NCBI GenBank assembly: GCA_009602725.1
Contig: WELB01000001.1
Coordinates: 1,389,043 to 1,409,042, forward strand
Direction: 5' to 3'
DNA: 20,000 bases
Origin: Spirogloea muscicola
Taxonomy: Eukaryota
Below, piece by piece: positions 19,408 through 20,000 of the stretch. Within the stretch, counting starts at the first letter, position 1, and each line of letters starts with the position of its first letter. A program made the position numbers and the translations under genes. The notes beneath the pieces are model-generated. The model saw only the letters and a program-made list of their open reading frames with translations, did no database searches and was not told the origin of the DNA.

Positions 19408-20000
19408 AAGTTTATCCCTGGGTTGGTGTGCCCCCAACCCCCTCCTGGAGAACAAGATAAGCGCGGCAACGATCTGGCAGGTGGTGGTGGTTAGTGGGCG
19501 ATACCATCCGGTGGAGCGGGCGAATGCGATCGGATCAGGCGTCGTTCGCCTTCCCGCCCACCGCCACTCCCGCCACGCCCGCCACCACTCCCGCTCGTGC
19601 GCGCCCGTCAAGCCCCCCCCCGCCAGCGATCAATCGGCCGGTGCCAGCGCCAATGCGGCACCAAGCGGCGGCAATCATTGAGCCGCGACGGGCGGCCCTT
19701 AGCCGGATGGCGCCGCGAGGGCCGCCCGATCGCCGATCGCGGCCCGATCGCATCTCTGGCGATCGGACCGCGCAGAGCGTGCAGGCGACCCTCTGCATGG
19801 ACCCTATTGGTGCGGCGACGCCTGGGCGTCGCCCGCCCGCGGGGCCCCGCCGCGCCGCATTTCGCCGCACGAATCGGACCGCCCCGCGGCCTGCCCAGAT
19901 CCTCCCCCGCCCGCCTCCCTCCTCCCCCCCTCCCCGCGCGCCGCTTCCCCCCTCCCCGGGAGCCGCCGCGCGCCAGGGTGCCCCCCTTCCCTGGGCGCCC

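Overview
GC-rich eukaryotic DNA with GT-AG introns and two assembly gaps (N at 8600-8626 and 12766). The gene content suggests a green-lineage organism, probably a streptophyte alga or early plant; this is inference only. Three host genes are supported. (1) A 4-exon plant PUB-type armadillo-repeat gene (+, 217-2256) with an in-frame TAG in exon 2. (2) An intronless AP2/ERF transcription factor (+, 9397-10563) with a DREB A-6/group I-like AP2 signature. (3) A convergent two-exon LENG1/Cir_N-type gene (-, 11746-12856). The intergenic space is mostly decayed mobile DNA. The most striking signal is more than a dozen 5'-truncated or internally deleted fragments, on both strands, of a CRE-like (restriction-like endonuclease) non-LTR retrotransposon family. 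They share the ORF end 'RxRxSxxLQRxxAxALHxRAGRAL...SDL(Y/F)VLTRGY*', a 3'-UTR GGGCTGG-loop-CCAGCCC type stem-loop and a TGGRMGAGC(N)2TTTC-like terminus with no poly(A). Several copies lie head-to-tail or tail-to-tail. There are also two diverged copies of an unidentified Cys/His-containing coding repeat (about 5085-5560 and 16550-17005) and a probable Ty3/Gypsy RT relic (about 2870-3310). Family assignments rest on motifs recognised by eye; no database search was run.
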